Assembly: GCF_009914755.1 (NCBI RefSeq)
Contig: NC_060948.1
Origin: the human T2T-CHM13v2.0 reference genome, Homo sapiens
Length of the DNA: 64,000 nt
Reading direction: 5' to 3' (one strand)
A model generated the notes under the pieces. It made no database searches and was not told where the DNA came from. It saw nothing but the letters and a program-made list of their open reading frames with translations. A program made the translations under genes and the position numbers. Within the stretch, counting starts at the first letter, position 1. Each line of letters opens with the position of its first letter. Positions 1 through 17,715 of this stretch are shown here, piece by piece.

Positions 1-473
1 ATATTCTATAATATATATTACACATTATATAATATGTATGTTGTCTATTATGTGATATATATAACTATATATATAATTATATTTTTATACATATAACTAG
101 ATAAACATATAATTCTACATATTTTCATTTATAATATGTAGAATTATATAATCATATATAATTATTTATATTCTATAAAAAATTTTATCATTATATAAAT
201 TATAATATATAAAAATTATAATATGTACTACAAATATATATATTATATATCATATATGATATAGTACCTTTGTTATATATCATAATACATATAAATGTGT
301 ATTATGTTATCTATAATTATATAATTTCATATATAAGATGTATAATATGTATCATATATTATATATGTTATGTAATATATATAGTATATATAAGATGACA
401 CAGGATAAATATTATATACTATGACATATAAAATATATGAGGTTATATGTTACATATAAGGCATAGCACATAA

Positions 474-788
<315 letters not shown>

Positions 789-1356
789 AGATCCATATTT
801 TTTAAATGAAAAAAAATTTCAAAGGTACTCTGCTTGGTACAATAATCAAATGTATAAACTGAGGAATAAAACATAACCATGAAACCTACTTATAACTGCA
901 TATGGAAAATACAGAGGATAATTTTTTAAATAACATATTTTGAAAGCCTTAACTAGTAATTTGAAGAGTTGGCATTTGTAAGGCCAGTATGAATATACCT
1001 TCAAAGCAGCAACACATGTTCCCCATGAGAAAAAGCAAACTCAGGGAAAATAAAACCACAAAGGTTCAATCTCTTCTGACCTTTGAAAGACACAGCACAG
1101 ACAGTGGTCCTTAGGACGAAGAGCAGATGACCCCTAATTCCGTCACCATGGCGATAGGGCATAAACATTGCTGGGTGAGGGCACAATCCACATTGTGAGG
1201 TCCAACTGCTGCCAGGAAGACAGGAGTGCTTTTACATAGACCGAAAGGTCATTGAAGGCTCAGAGTTTTGTTTCAAGAACTGAATCCCAAGCCCACACGT
1301 TATTAGGCTGCGCTTCTTAAAACAAGTTATGAGATGGGAAAAAGGGCACCCACAAA
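789..1356. repeat. HSATI-like (GC-richer) segment of the unit; representative copy in U1, repeated after every Alu
   Basis: About 570 bp of higher-complexity sequence between the Alu end (CTGAGCCA) and the start of the AT-rich tract (…GGGCACCCACAAAC), near-identical in all units. The name is assigned from the known DYZ2 architecture, not from an alignment. Confidence 0.8.
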
Positions 1357-2913
1357 CATACGTATACATTATGTATATAATAATATACAGTATCATATAT
1401 AAAATATGTATAACCTATGTATAATATTGTTTTACATCCTGCATCTTATATTATATGTATTGTATAAAATATAATAATTGATAATATATAAGATTTATAT
1501 TTATACAATATGACATATAGTATATATTATAATTTATGACATATATAATATATGTTACATATCATATATAGAATATATTATACGGTTAATATACGTATTA
1601 AATATAAATTATACATTATATATATTATATAAAATATATCTGTTACATATAATACCCATTATGCATAATACGTATATTATGTCTATGTTATATATAGTAT
1701 AAAACAACATATAATAATATATAATTGTATATATAAAATGCGACATATAATATATATTATATTTTATGACATATGTAATATGTATTATATATTATATATA
1801 ATACGTTGTATGTATAATACCTATATTAAATATATATTATATGACTATGTTATTAATTACATGTCACATATGTTATATATTATATATTTTACATAGAATA
1901 TACCGGTTACATACAATATATACTATGTTACCTATAATGTATAATTGATTACATGTAAAATAAAGAATGCAATATATTATGTATAATTTATAATATACAA
2001 TATGTGGAATGCGATATATATAACATATAATATATGATATATGATATACAGTATATGATATATAACATACAATATATGATACCTAATATATATGGTATAC
2101 AATATATATTTTATGATATGTATTCTATATGTTTTATATTCTGTTATATATAACTATTTGAAATTATATATAACTGTATAATATTTTATGTAAATATGTA
2201 ATATAATATATATAACCATATAATATATTATATATAACTATATATTATGTTATATATACTTTTATAACATAATTTACATAAAATGTCATAATATAATATA
2301 TATTATATTATTTCACATTACATAATATATATTACATATCACCCAATATAAGTAACATACATAATGTTATAATATAGATTATATTATGTTATATTAAATA
2401 TCATATATATCATGTATCATATATTCTATAATATATATTACACATTATATAATATGTATGTCTATTTTGTGATATACAAAACTATATATATAATTATATT
2501 ATTATACATATAACTAGGTAAACATGTAATTCTACATATTTTCATTTGTAATATGTAGAATTATATAATCATATATAATTATTTATATTCTATAAAAAAT
2601 TATATCATTATATAAATTATAATATAAAAAAATTATAATATGTACTACAAATATATATATTATATATCATATATGATATAGTACCTTTGTTATATATCAT
2701 AATACATATAAATGTGTATTATGTTATCTATAATTATATAATTTCATATATAAGATGTATAATATGTATTATATATTGTCTATGTTATGTAATATATATA
2801 GTATATGTAAGCTGACACAGGATAAATATTATATACTATGACATATAAAATATATGAGGTTATATGTTACATATAAGGCATAGCACATAACATGTAATAT
2901 ATATCATATATAA
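1357..2913. repeat. AT-rich low-complexity segment of the unit; representative copy between U1 and U2
   Basis: About 1.55 kb of degenerate (AT)n/ATATA/ATATG sequence with sparse G/C, conserved base for base between units apart from scattered variants. Confidence 0.92.
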
Positions 2914-3205
<292 letters not shown>

Positions 3206-5331
3206 AGATCCATATTTTTTAAATGAAAAAAAATTTCAAAGGTACTCTGCTTGGTACAATAATCAAATGTATAAACTGAGGAATAAAACATAACCATGAA
3301 ACCTACTTATAACTGCATATGGAAAATACAGAGGATAATTTTTTAAATAACATATTTTGAAAGCCTTAACTAGTAATTTGAAGAGTTGGCATTTGAAAGG
3401 CCAGTATGAATATACCTTCAAAGCAGCAACACAGGTTCCCCATGAGAAAAAGCAAACTCAGGGAAAATAAAACCACAAAGGTTCAATCTCTTCTGACCTT
3501 TGAAAGACACAGCACAGACAGTGGTCCTTAGGACGAAGAGCAGGAGACCCCTAATTCCGTCACCATGGCGATAGGGCATAAACATTGCTGGGTGAGGGCA
3601 CAATCCACATTGAGAGGTCCAACTGCTGCCAGGAAGACAGGAGTGCTTTTACATAGACCGAAAGGTCATTGAAGGCTCAGAGTTTTGTTTCAAGAACTGA
3701 ATCCCAAGCCCACACGTTATTAGGCTGCGCTTCTTAAAACAAGTTATGAGATGGGAAAAAGGGCACCCACAAACATACGTATACATTATGTATATAATAA
3801 TATACAGTATCATATATATAATATATATAACCTATGTATAATATTGTTTTACATCCTGCATCTTATATTATATATATTGTATAAAATATAATAATTCATA
3901 ATATATAACGTTTATATTTATACAATATGACATATAATATATATTATAATTTATGACATATATAATATATGTTATATATCATATATAGAATATATTATAC
4001 GGTTAATATACGTATTAAATATAAATTATACATTATATATATTATATAAAATATATCTGTTATATATAATACCCTTTATGCATAATATATATATTATGTC
4101 TATGTTATATATAGTATAAAACAACATATAATAATATATAATTGGATATATAAAATGCGACATATAATATATATTATATTTTATGACATATGTAATATAT
4201 ATTATATATTATATATAATACGTTGTATGTATAATACCTATATTAAATATATATTATATGACTATGTTATTAATTACATGTCACATGTGTTATATATTAT
4301 ATATTTTACATAGAATATACCGGTTACATACAATATAAACTATGTTACCTATAATGTATAATTGATTACATGTAAAATAAAGAATGCAATATATTATGTA
4401 TAATTTATAATATACAATATGTGGAATGTGATATATATAACATATAATATATGATATATGATATACAGTATATGATATATAACATACAATATATGATACC
4501 TAGTATATATGGTATACAATATATATTTTATGATATGTATTCTATATGTTTTATATTCTGTTATATATAACTATTTGAAATTATATATAACTGTATAATA
4601 TTTTATGTAAATATGTAATATAATATATATAACTATATAATATATTATATATAAATATATATTATGTTATATATACTTTTATATCATAATTTACATAAAA
4701 TGTCATAATATAATATATATTATATTATTTCAAATTACATAATATATATTACATATCACCCAATATAAGTAACATACATAATATTATAATATAGATTATA
4801 TTATGTTATGTTAAATATCATATATATCATGTATCATATATTCTATAATATATATTATACATTATATAATATGTATGTTGTCTATTATGTGATATATATA
4901 ACTATATATTATTATATTATTATACATATAACTAGATAAACATGTAATTCTACATATTTTCATTTATAATATATAGAATTATATAATCATATATAATTAT
5001 TTATATTCTATAAAAAATTATATCATTATATAAATTATAATATAAAAAAATTATAATATGTACTACAAATATATATATTATATATCATATATGATATAGT
5101 ACCTTTGTTATATATCATAATACATATAAATGTGTATTATGTTATCTATAATTATATAATTTCATATATAAGATGTATAATATGTATTATATATTGTATA
5201 TGTTATGTAATATATATAGTATATATAAGCTGACACAGGATAAATATTATATACTATGACATATATAATATATGAGGTTATATGTTACATATAAGGCATA
5301 GCACATAACATGTAATATATATCATATATAA

Positions 5332-5623
<292 letters not shown>

Positions 5624-7749
5624 AGATCCATATTTTTTAAATGAAAAAAAATTTCAAAGGTACTCTGCTTGGTACAATAATCAAATGTATAAACTGAGGA
5701 ATAAAACATAACCATGAAACCTACTTATAACTGCATATGGAAAATACAGAGGATAATTTTTTAAATAACATATTTTGAAAGCCTTAACTAGTAATTTGAA
5801 GAGTTGGCATTTGAAAGGCCAGTATGAATATACCTTCAAAGCAGCAACACAGGTTCCCCATGAGAAACAGCAAACTCAGGGAAAATAAAACCACAAAGGT
5901 TCAAGCTCTTCTGACCTTTGAAAGACACAGCACAGACAGTGGTCCTTAGGACGAAGAGCAGGAGACCCCTAATTCCGTCACCATGGCGATAGGGCATAAA
6001 CATTGCTGGGTGAGGGCACAATCCACATTGTGAGGTCCAACTGCTGCCAGGAAGACAGGAGTGCTTTTACATAGACCGAAAGGTCATTGAAGGCTCAGAG
6101 TTTTGTTTCAAGAACTGAATCCCAAGCCCACACGTTATTAGGCTGCGCTTCTTAAAACAAGTTATGAGATGGGAAAAAGGGCACCCACAAACATACGTAT
6201 ACATTATGTATATAATAATATACAGTATCATATATATAATATATATAACCTATGTATAATATTGTTTTACATCCTGCATCTTATATTATATATATTGTCT
6301 AAAATATAATAATTGATAATATATAAGTTTTCTATTTATACAATATGACATATAGTATATATTATAATTTATGACATATATAATATATGTTATATATCAT
6401 ATATAGAATATATTATACGTTTAATATACGTATTAAATATAAATTATACATTATATATATTATATATAATATATCTGTTATATATAATACCCATTATGCA
6501 TAATATGTATATTATGTCTATGTTATATATAGTATAAAACAACATATAATAATATATAATTGTATATATAAAATGCGACATATAATATATATTATATTTT
6601 ATGACATGTGTAATATATATTATATATTATATATAATACGTTGTATGTATAATACCTATATTAAATATATATTATATGACTATGTTATTAATTACATGTC
6701 ACATGTGTTATATATTATATATTTTACATAGAATATACCGGTTACATACAATATATACTATGTTACCTATAATGTATAATTGATTACATGTAAAATAAAG
6801 AATGCAATATATTATGTATAATTTATAATTTACAGTATGTGGAATGTGATATATATAACATATAATATATGATATATGATATACAGTATATGATATATAA
6901 CATATAATATATGATACCTAGTATATATGGTATACAATATATATTTTATGATATGTATTCTATATGTTTTATATTCTGTTATATATAACTATTTGAAATT
7001 ATATATAACTGTATAATATTTTATGTAAATATGTAATATAATATATATAACTATATAATATATTATATATAACTATATATTATGTTATATATACTTTTAT
7101 ATCATAATTTACATAAAATGTCATAACATAATATATATTATATTATTTCATATTACATAATATATATTACATATCACCCAATATAAGTAACATACATAAT
7201 ATTATAATATAGATTATATTATGTTATGTTAAATATCATATATATCATGTATCATATATTCTATAATATATATTATACATTATATAATATGTATGTTGTC
7301 TATTATGTGATATATATAACTGTATATTATTATATTATTATACATATAACTAGATAAACATGTAATTCTACATATTTTCATTTATAATATATAGAATTAT
7401 ATAATCATATATAATTATTTATATTCTATAAAAAATTATATCATTATATAAATTATAATATAAAAAAATTATAATATGTACTACAAATATATATATTATA
7501 TATCATATATGATATAGTACCTTTGTTATATATCATAATACATATAAATGTGTATTATGTTATCTATAATTATATAATTTCATATATAAGATGTATAATA
7601 TGTATTATATATTGTATATGTTATGTAATATATATACTATATATAAGCTGACACAGGATAAATATTATATACTATGACATATAAAATATATGAGGTTATA
7701 TGTTACATATAAGGCATAGCACATAACATGTAATATATATCATATATAA

Positions 7750-8041
7750 TTTTTTTTTAGACAGAGTCTTGTCGTGTTGCACAGGGTGAAGTACAATGGC
7801 GCCATCTTTGCTCACTGCAACATCTGCCTCACGGGTCCAAGCGATTGTCCTCCCTCAACCTCTCAGGTAGCTGGGAGTACACCACACTGGGACTACACCA
7901 GCTGCCACCATGCCTAGCTAATTTTTTGGATTTTTAGTAGTGACAGCGTTTCACTGTATTGGCCAGGATGATCTTGATCTCTTCACCTTGTGATCCCCTT
8001 GCCTTGGCCTCCAAATTTGCTGGGATTACAGGCCTGAGCCA
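7750..8041 (-). mobile_element. Diverged Alu of U4
   Basis: Same antisense Alu as U1. Confidence 0.92.
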
Positions 8042-10169
8042 AGATCCATATTTTTTAAATGAAAAAAAATTTCAAAGGTACTCTGCTTGGTACAATAATC
8101 AAATGTATAAACTGAGGAATAAAACATAACCATGAAACCTACTTATAACTGCATATGGAAAATACAGAGGATAATTTTTTAAATAACATATTTTGAAAGC
8201 CTTAACTAGTAATTTGAAGAGTTGGCATTTGAAAGGCCAGTATGAATATACCTTCAAAGCAGCAACACAGGTTCCCCATGAGAAACAGCAAACTCAGGGA
8301 AAATAAAACCACAAAGGTTCAATCTCTTCTGACCTTTGAAAGACACAGCACAGACAGTGGTCCTTAGGACGAAGAGCAGGAGACCCCTAATTCCGTCACC
8401 ATGGCGATAGGGCATAAACATTGCTGGGTGAGGGCACAATCCACATTGTGAGGTCCAACTGCTGCCAGGAAGACAGGAGTGCTTTTACATAGACCGAAAG
8501 GTCATTGAAGGCTCAGAGTTTTGTTTCAAGAACTGAATCCCAAGCCCACACGTTATTAGGCTGCGCTTCTTAAAACAAGTTATGAGATGGGAAAAAGGGC
8601 ACCCACAAACATAGGTATACATTATGTATATAATAATATACAGTATCATATATATAATATATATAACCTATGTATAATATTGTTTTACATCCTGCATCTT
8701 ATATTATATATATTGTCTAAAATATAATAATTGATAATATATAAGTTTTATATTTATACAATATGACATATAGTATATATTATAATTTATGACATATATA
8801 ATATATGTTATATATCATATATAGAATATATTATACGGTTAATATACGTATTAAATATAAATTATACATTATATATATTATATATAATATATCTGTTATA
8901 TATAATACCCATTATGCATAATATGTATATTATGTCTATGTTATATATAGTATAAAACAACATATAATAATATATAATTGTATATATAAAATGCGACATA
9001 TAATATATATTATATTTTATGACATATGTAATATATATTATATATTATATATAATACGCTGTATGTATAATACCTATATTAAATATATATTATATAACTA
9101 TGTTATTAATTACATGTCACATGTGTTATATATTATATATTTTACATAGAATATACCGGTTACATACAATATATACTATGTTACCTATAATGTATAATTG
9201 ATTACATGTAAAATAAAGAATGCAATATATTATGTATAATTTATAATATACAATATGTGGAATGTGATATATATAACATATAATATATGATATATGATAT
9301 ACAGTATATGATATATAACATACAATATATGATTCCTAATATATATGGTATACAATATATATTTTATGATATGTATTCTATATGTTTTATATTCTGTTAT
9401 ATATAACTATTTGAAATTATATATAACTGTATAATATTTTATGTAAATATGTAATATAATATATATAACTATATAATATATTATATATAAGTATATATTA
9501 TGTTATATATACTTTTATAACATAATTTACATAAAATATCATAACATAATATATATTATATTATTTCATATTACATAATATATATTACATATCACCCAAT
9601 ATAACTAACATACATAATATTATAATATAGATTATATTATGTTATATTAAATATCATATACATCATGTATCATATATTCTATAATATATATTCCACATTA
9701 TATAATATGTATGTTGTCTATTATGTGATATATATAACTCTATATATAATTTTATTTTTATACATATAACTAGATAAACATGTAATTCTACATATTTTCA
9801 TTTATAATATGTAGAATTATATAATCATATATAATTATTTATATTCTATAAAAAATTTTATCATTATATAAATTATAATATATAAAAATTATAATATGTA
9901 CTACAAATATATATATTATATATCATATATGATATAGTACCTTTGTTATATATCATAATACATATAAATGTGTATTATGTTATCTATAATTATATAATTT
10001 CATATATAAGATGTATAATATGTATTATATATTGTCTATGTTATGTAATATATATAGTATATGTAAGCTGACACAGGATAAATATTATATACTATGACAT
10101 ATAAAATATATGAGGTTATATGTTACATATAAGGCATAGCACATAACATGTAATATATGTCATATATAA

Positions 10170-10461
<292 letters not shown>

Positions 10462-12571
10462 AGATCCATATTTTTTAAATGAAAAAAAATTTCAAAGGTA
10501 CTCTGCTTGGTACAATAATCAAATGTATAAACTGAGGAATAAAACATAACCATGAAACCTACTTATAACTGCATATGGAAAATACAGAGGATAATTTTTT
10601 AAATAACATATTTTGAAAGCCTTAACTAGTAATTTGAAGAGTTGGCATTTGAAAGGCCAGTATGAATATACCTTCAAAGCAGCAACACAGGTTCCCCATG
10701 AGAAAAAGCAAACTCAGGGAAAATAAAACCAAAAAGGTTCAATCTCTTCTGACCTTTGAAAGACACAGCACAGACAGTGGTCCTTAGGACGAAGAGCAGG
10801 AGACCCCTAATTCCGTCACCATGGCGATAGTGCATAAACATTGCTGGGTGAGGGCACAATCCACATTGAGAGGTCCAACTGCTGCCAGGAAGACAGGAGT
10901 GCTTTTACATAGACCGAAAGGTCATTGAAGGCTCAGAGTTTTGTTTCAAGAACTGAATCCCAAGCCCACACGTTATTAGGCTGCGCTTCTTAAAACAAGT
11001 TATGAGATGGGAAAAAGGGCACCCACAAACATACGTATACATTATGTATATAATAATATACAGTATCATATATATAATATATATAACCTATGTATAATAT
11101 TGTTTTACATCCTGCATCTTATATTATATATATTGTCTAAAATATAATAATTGATAATATATAAGTTTTATATTTATACAATATGACATATAGTATATAT
11201 TATAATTTATGACATATATAATATATGTTATATATCATATATAGAATATATTATACGTTTAATATACGTATTAAATATAAATTATACATTATATATATTA
11301 TATATAATATATCTGTTATATATAATACCCATTATGCATAATATGTATATTATGTCTATGTTATATATAGTATAAAACAACATATAATAATATATAATTG
11401 TATATATAAAATGCGACATATAATATATATTATATTTTATGACATATGTAATATATATTATATATTATATATAATACGCTGTATGTATAATACCTATATT
11501 AAATATATATTATATGACTATGTTATTAATTACATGTCACATGTGTTATATATTATATATTTTACATAGAATATACCGGTTACATACAATATATACTATG
11601 TTACCTATAATGTATAATTGATTACATGTAAAATAAAGAATGCAATATATTATGTATAATTTATAATATACAATATGTGGAATGTGATATATATAACATA
11701 TAATATATGATATATGATATACAGTATATGATATATAACATAAAATATATGATACCTAGTATATATGGTATACAATATATATTTTATGATATGTATTCTA
11801 TATGTTTTATATTCTGTTATATATAACTATTTGAAATTATATGTAACTGTATAATATTTTATGTAAATATGTAATATAATATATATAACTATATAATATA
11901 TTATATATAACTATATATTATGTTATATATACTTTTATATCATAATTTACATAAAATGTCATAATATAATATATATTATATTATTTCATATTACATAATA
12001 TATATTACATATCACCCAATATAAGTAACATACATAATATTATAATATAGATTATATTATGTTATGTTAAATATCATATATATCATGTATCATATATTCT
12101 ATAATATATATTATACATTATATAATATGCATGTTGTCTATTATGTGATATATATAACTATATATTATTATATTATTATACATATAACTAGATAAACATG
12201 TAATTCTACATATTTTCATTTCTAATATATAGAATTATATAATCATATATAATTATTTATATTCTATAAAAAATTATATCATTATATAAATTATAATATA
12301 AAAAAATTATAATATGTACTACAAATATATATATTATATATCATATATGATATAGTACCTTTGTTATATATCATAATACATATAAATGTGTATTATGTTA
12401 TCTATAATTATATAATTTCATATATATGATGTATAATATGTATTATATATTGTATATGTTATGTAATATATATAGTATATATAAGCTGACACAGGATAAA
12501 TATTATATACTATGACATATAAAATATATGAGGTTATATGTTACATATAAGGCATAGCACATAACATGTAA

Positions 12572-12878
<307 letters not shown>

Positions 12879-14988
12879 AGATCCATATTTTTTAAATGAA
12901 AACAAATTTCAAAGGTACTCTGCTTGGTACAATAATCAAATGTATAAACTGAGGAATAAAACATAAACATGAAACCTACTTATAACTGCATATGGAAAGT
13001 ACAGAGGATAATTTTTTAAATAACATATTTTGAAAGCCTTAACTAGTAATTTGAAGAGTTGGCATTTGAAAGGCCAGTATGAATATACCTTCAAAGCAGC
13101 AACACAGGTTCCCCATGAGAAACAGCAAACACAGGGAAAATAAAAACACAAAGGTTCAATCTCTTCTGACCTTTGAAAGACACAGCACAGACAGTGGTCC
13201 TTAGGACGAAGAGCAGGAGACCCCTAATTCCGTCACCATGGCGATAGGGCATAAACATTGCTGGGTGAGGGCACAATCCACATTGTGAGGTCCAACTGCT
13301 GCCAGGAAGACAGGAGTGCTTTTTCATGGACCGAAAGGTCATTGAAGGCTCAGAGTTTTGTTTCAAGAACTGAATCCCAAGCCCACACGTTATTAGGCTG
13401 CGCTTCTTAAAACAAGTTATGAGATGGGAAAAAGGGCACCCACAAACATACGTATACATTATGTATATAATAATATACAGTATCATATATATAATATATA
13501 TAACCTATGTATAATATTGTTTTACATCCTGCATCTTATATTATATATATTGTCTAAAATATAATAATTGATAATATATAAGTTTTATATTTATACAATA
13601 TGACATATAGTATATATTATAATTTATGACATATATAATATATGTTATATATCATATATAGAATATATTATACGGTTAATATACGTATTAAATATAAATT
13701 ATACATTATATATATTATATATAATATATCTGTTATATATAATACCCATTATGCATAATATGTATATTATGTCTATGTTATATATAGTATAAAACAACAT
13801 ATAATAATATATAATTGTATATATAAAATGCGACATATAATATATATTATATTTTATGACATATGTAATATATATTATATATTATATATAATACGCTGTA
13901 TGTATAATACCTATATTAAATATATATTATATGACTATGTTATTAATTACATGTCACATGTGTTATATATTATATATTTTACATAGAATATACCGGTTAC
14001 ATACAATATATACTATGTTACCTATAATGTATAATTGATTACATGTAAAATAAAGAATGCAATATATTATGTATAATTTATAATATACAATATGTGGAAT
14101 GTGATATATATAACATATAATATATGATATATGATATACAGTATATGATATATAACATACAATATATGATACCTAGTATATATGGTATACAATATATATT
14201 TTATGATATGTATTCTATATGTTTTATATTCTGTTATATATAACTATTTGAAATTATATATAACTGTATAATATTTTATGTAAATATGTAATATAATATA
14301 TATAACTATATAATATATTATATATAACTATATATTATGTTATATATACTTTTATATCATAATTTACATAAAATGTCATAATATAATATATATTATATTA
14401 TTTCATATTACATAATATATATTACATATCACCCAATATAAGTAACATACATAATATTATAATATAGATTATATTATGTTATGTTAAATATCATATATAT
14501 CATGTATCATATATTCTATAATATATATTATACATTATATAATATGTATGTTGTCTATTATGTGATATATATAACTATATATTATTATATTATTATACAT
14601 ATAACTAGATAAACATGTAATTCTACATATTTTCATTTCTAATATATAGAATTATATAATCATATATAATTATTTATATTCTATAAAAAATTATATCATT
14701 ATATAAATTATAATATAAAAAAATTATAATATGTACTACAAATATATATATTATATATCATATATGATATAGTACCTTTGTTATATATCATAATACATAT
14801 AAATGTGTATTATGTTATCTATAATTATATAATTTCATATATAAGATGTATAATATGTATTATATATTGTATATGTTATGTAATATATATAGTATATATA
14901 AGCTGACACAGGATAAATATTATATACTATGACATATAAAATATATGAGGTTATATGTTACATATAAGGCATAGCACATAACATGTAA

Positions 14989-15295
<307 letters not shown>

Positions 15296-17400
15296 AGATC
15301 CATATTTTTTAAATGAAAAAAAATTTCAAAGGTACTCTGCTTGGTACAATAATCAAATGTATAAACTGAGGAATAAAACATAACCATGAAACCTACTTAT
15401 AACTGCATATGGAAAATACAGAGGATAATTTTTTAAATAACATATTTTGAAAGCCTTAACTAGTAATTTGAAGAGTTGGCATTTGTAAGGCCAGTATGAA
15501 TATACCTTCAAAGCAGCAACACAGGTTCCCCATGAGAAAAAGCAAACTCAGGGGAAATAAAACCACAAAGGTTCAATCTCTTCTGACCTTTGAAAGACAC
15601 AGCACAGACAGTGGTCCTTAGGACGAAGAGCAGGAGACCCCTAATTCCGTCACCATGGCGATAGGGCATAAACATTGCTGGGTGAGGGCACAATCCACAT
15701 TGTGAGGTCCAACTGCTGCCAGGAAGACAGGAGTGCTTTTACATAGACCGAAAGGTCATTGAAGGCTCAGAGTTTTGTTTCAAGAACTGAATCCCAAGCC
15801 CACACGTTATTAGGCTGCGCTTCTTAAAACAAGTTATGAGATGGGAAAAAGGGCACCCACAAACATACGTATACATTATGTATATAATAATATACAGTAT
15901 CATATATAAAATATGTATAACCAATGTATAATATTGTTTTACATCCTGCATCTTGTATTATATATATTGTATAAAATATAATAATTGATAATATATAAGT
16001 TTTATATTTATACAATATGACATATAGTATATATTATACTTTATGACATATATAATATATGTTATATATCATATATAGAATATATTATACGGTTAATATA
16101 TGTATTAAATATAAATTATACATTATATATATTATATAAAATATATCTGTTATATATAATACCCTTTATGCATAATATATATATTATGTCTATGTTATAT
16201 ATAGTATAAAAAAACATATAATAATATATAATTGTATATATAAAATGCGACATATAATATATATTATATTTTATGACATATGTAATATATATTATATATT
16301 ATATATAATACGTTGTATGTATAATACCTATATTAAATATATATTATATGACTATGTTATTAATTACATGTCACATATGTTATATATTATATATTTTACA
16401 TAGAATATACCGGTTACATACAATATATACTATGTTACCTATAATGTATAATTGATTACATGTAAAATAAAGAATGCAATATATTATGTATAATTTATAA
16501 TATACAATATGTGGAATGTGATATATATAACATATAATATATGATATATGATATACAGTATATGATATATAACATACAATATATGATACCTAATATATAT
16601 GGTATACAATATATATTTTAAGATATGTATTCTATATGTTTTATATTCTGTTATATATAACTATTTGAAATTATATATAACTGTATAATATTTTATGTAA
16701 ATATGTAATATAATATATATAACTATATAATATATTATATATAACTATATATTATGTTATATATACTTTTATAACATAATTTACATAAAATGTCATAATA
16801 TAATATATATTATATTATTTCACATTACATAATATATATTACATATCACCCAATATAAGTAACATACATAATATTATAATATAGATTATATTATGTTACA
16901 TTAAATATCATATATATCATGTATCATATATTCTATAATATATATTACACATTATATAATATGTATGTTGTCTATTTTGTGATATATAAAACTATATATA
17001 TAATTATATTATTATACATATAACTAGATAAACATGTAATTCTACATATTTTCATTTGTAATATATAGAATTATATAATCATATATAATTATTTATATTC
17101 TATAAAAAATTATATCATTATATAAATTATAATATAAAAAAATTATAATATGTACTACAAATATACATATTATATATCATATATGATATAGTACCTTTGT
17201 TATATATCATAATACATATAAATGTGTATTATGTTATCTATAATTATATAATTTCATATATAAGATGTATAATATGTATTATATATTGTCTATGTTATGT
17301 AATATATATAGTATATGTAAGCTGACACAGGATAAATATTATATACAATGACATATAAAATATATGAGGTTATATGTTACATATAAGGCATAGCACATAA

Positions 17401-17715
<315 letters not shown>

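Noticed and set aside
1001-1186. 61-aa minus-strand ORF (MCPHPAMF…) recurring in most units
   Set aside because: It begins at TTG, not ATG, and I recognise no domain. Recurrence simply reflects the repeat. It is broken by CAG>TAG in U20 (~47028) and by a 1-bp insertion in U13 (~30040), and the variants are freely non-synonymous.
1358-1958. Short palindromes and hairpins (ATACGTAT, TATACAT-T-ATGTATA, ACCGGT, TTACATGTAA)
   Set aside because: They are expected by chance in strand-symmetric AT-rich sequence. I saw no long perfect inverted repeat of the PATRR type, though einverted would be needed to exclude one.
2005-2011. TGGAATG, resembling the HSat3/DYZ1 pentamer
   Set aside because: It is a single occurrence per unit with no tandem GGAAT run, so it is not a DYZ1 junction.
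13091-13486. Longer ORFs (131 aa here, 113 aa at 29865-30206, 62 aa on + at 51495-51683)
   Set aside because: Each results from a single-unit stop loss or frameshift joining chance frames. The 51495 ORF is translated antisense Alu.
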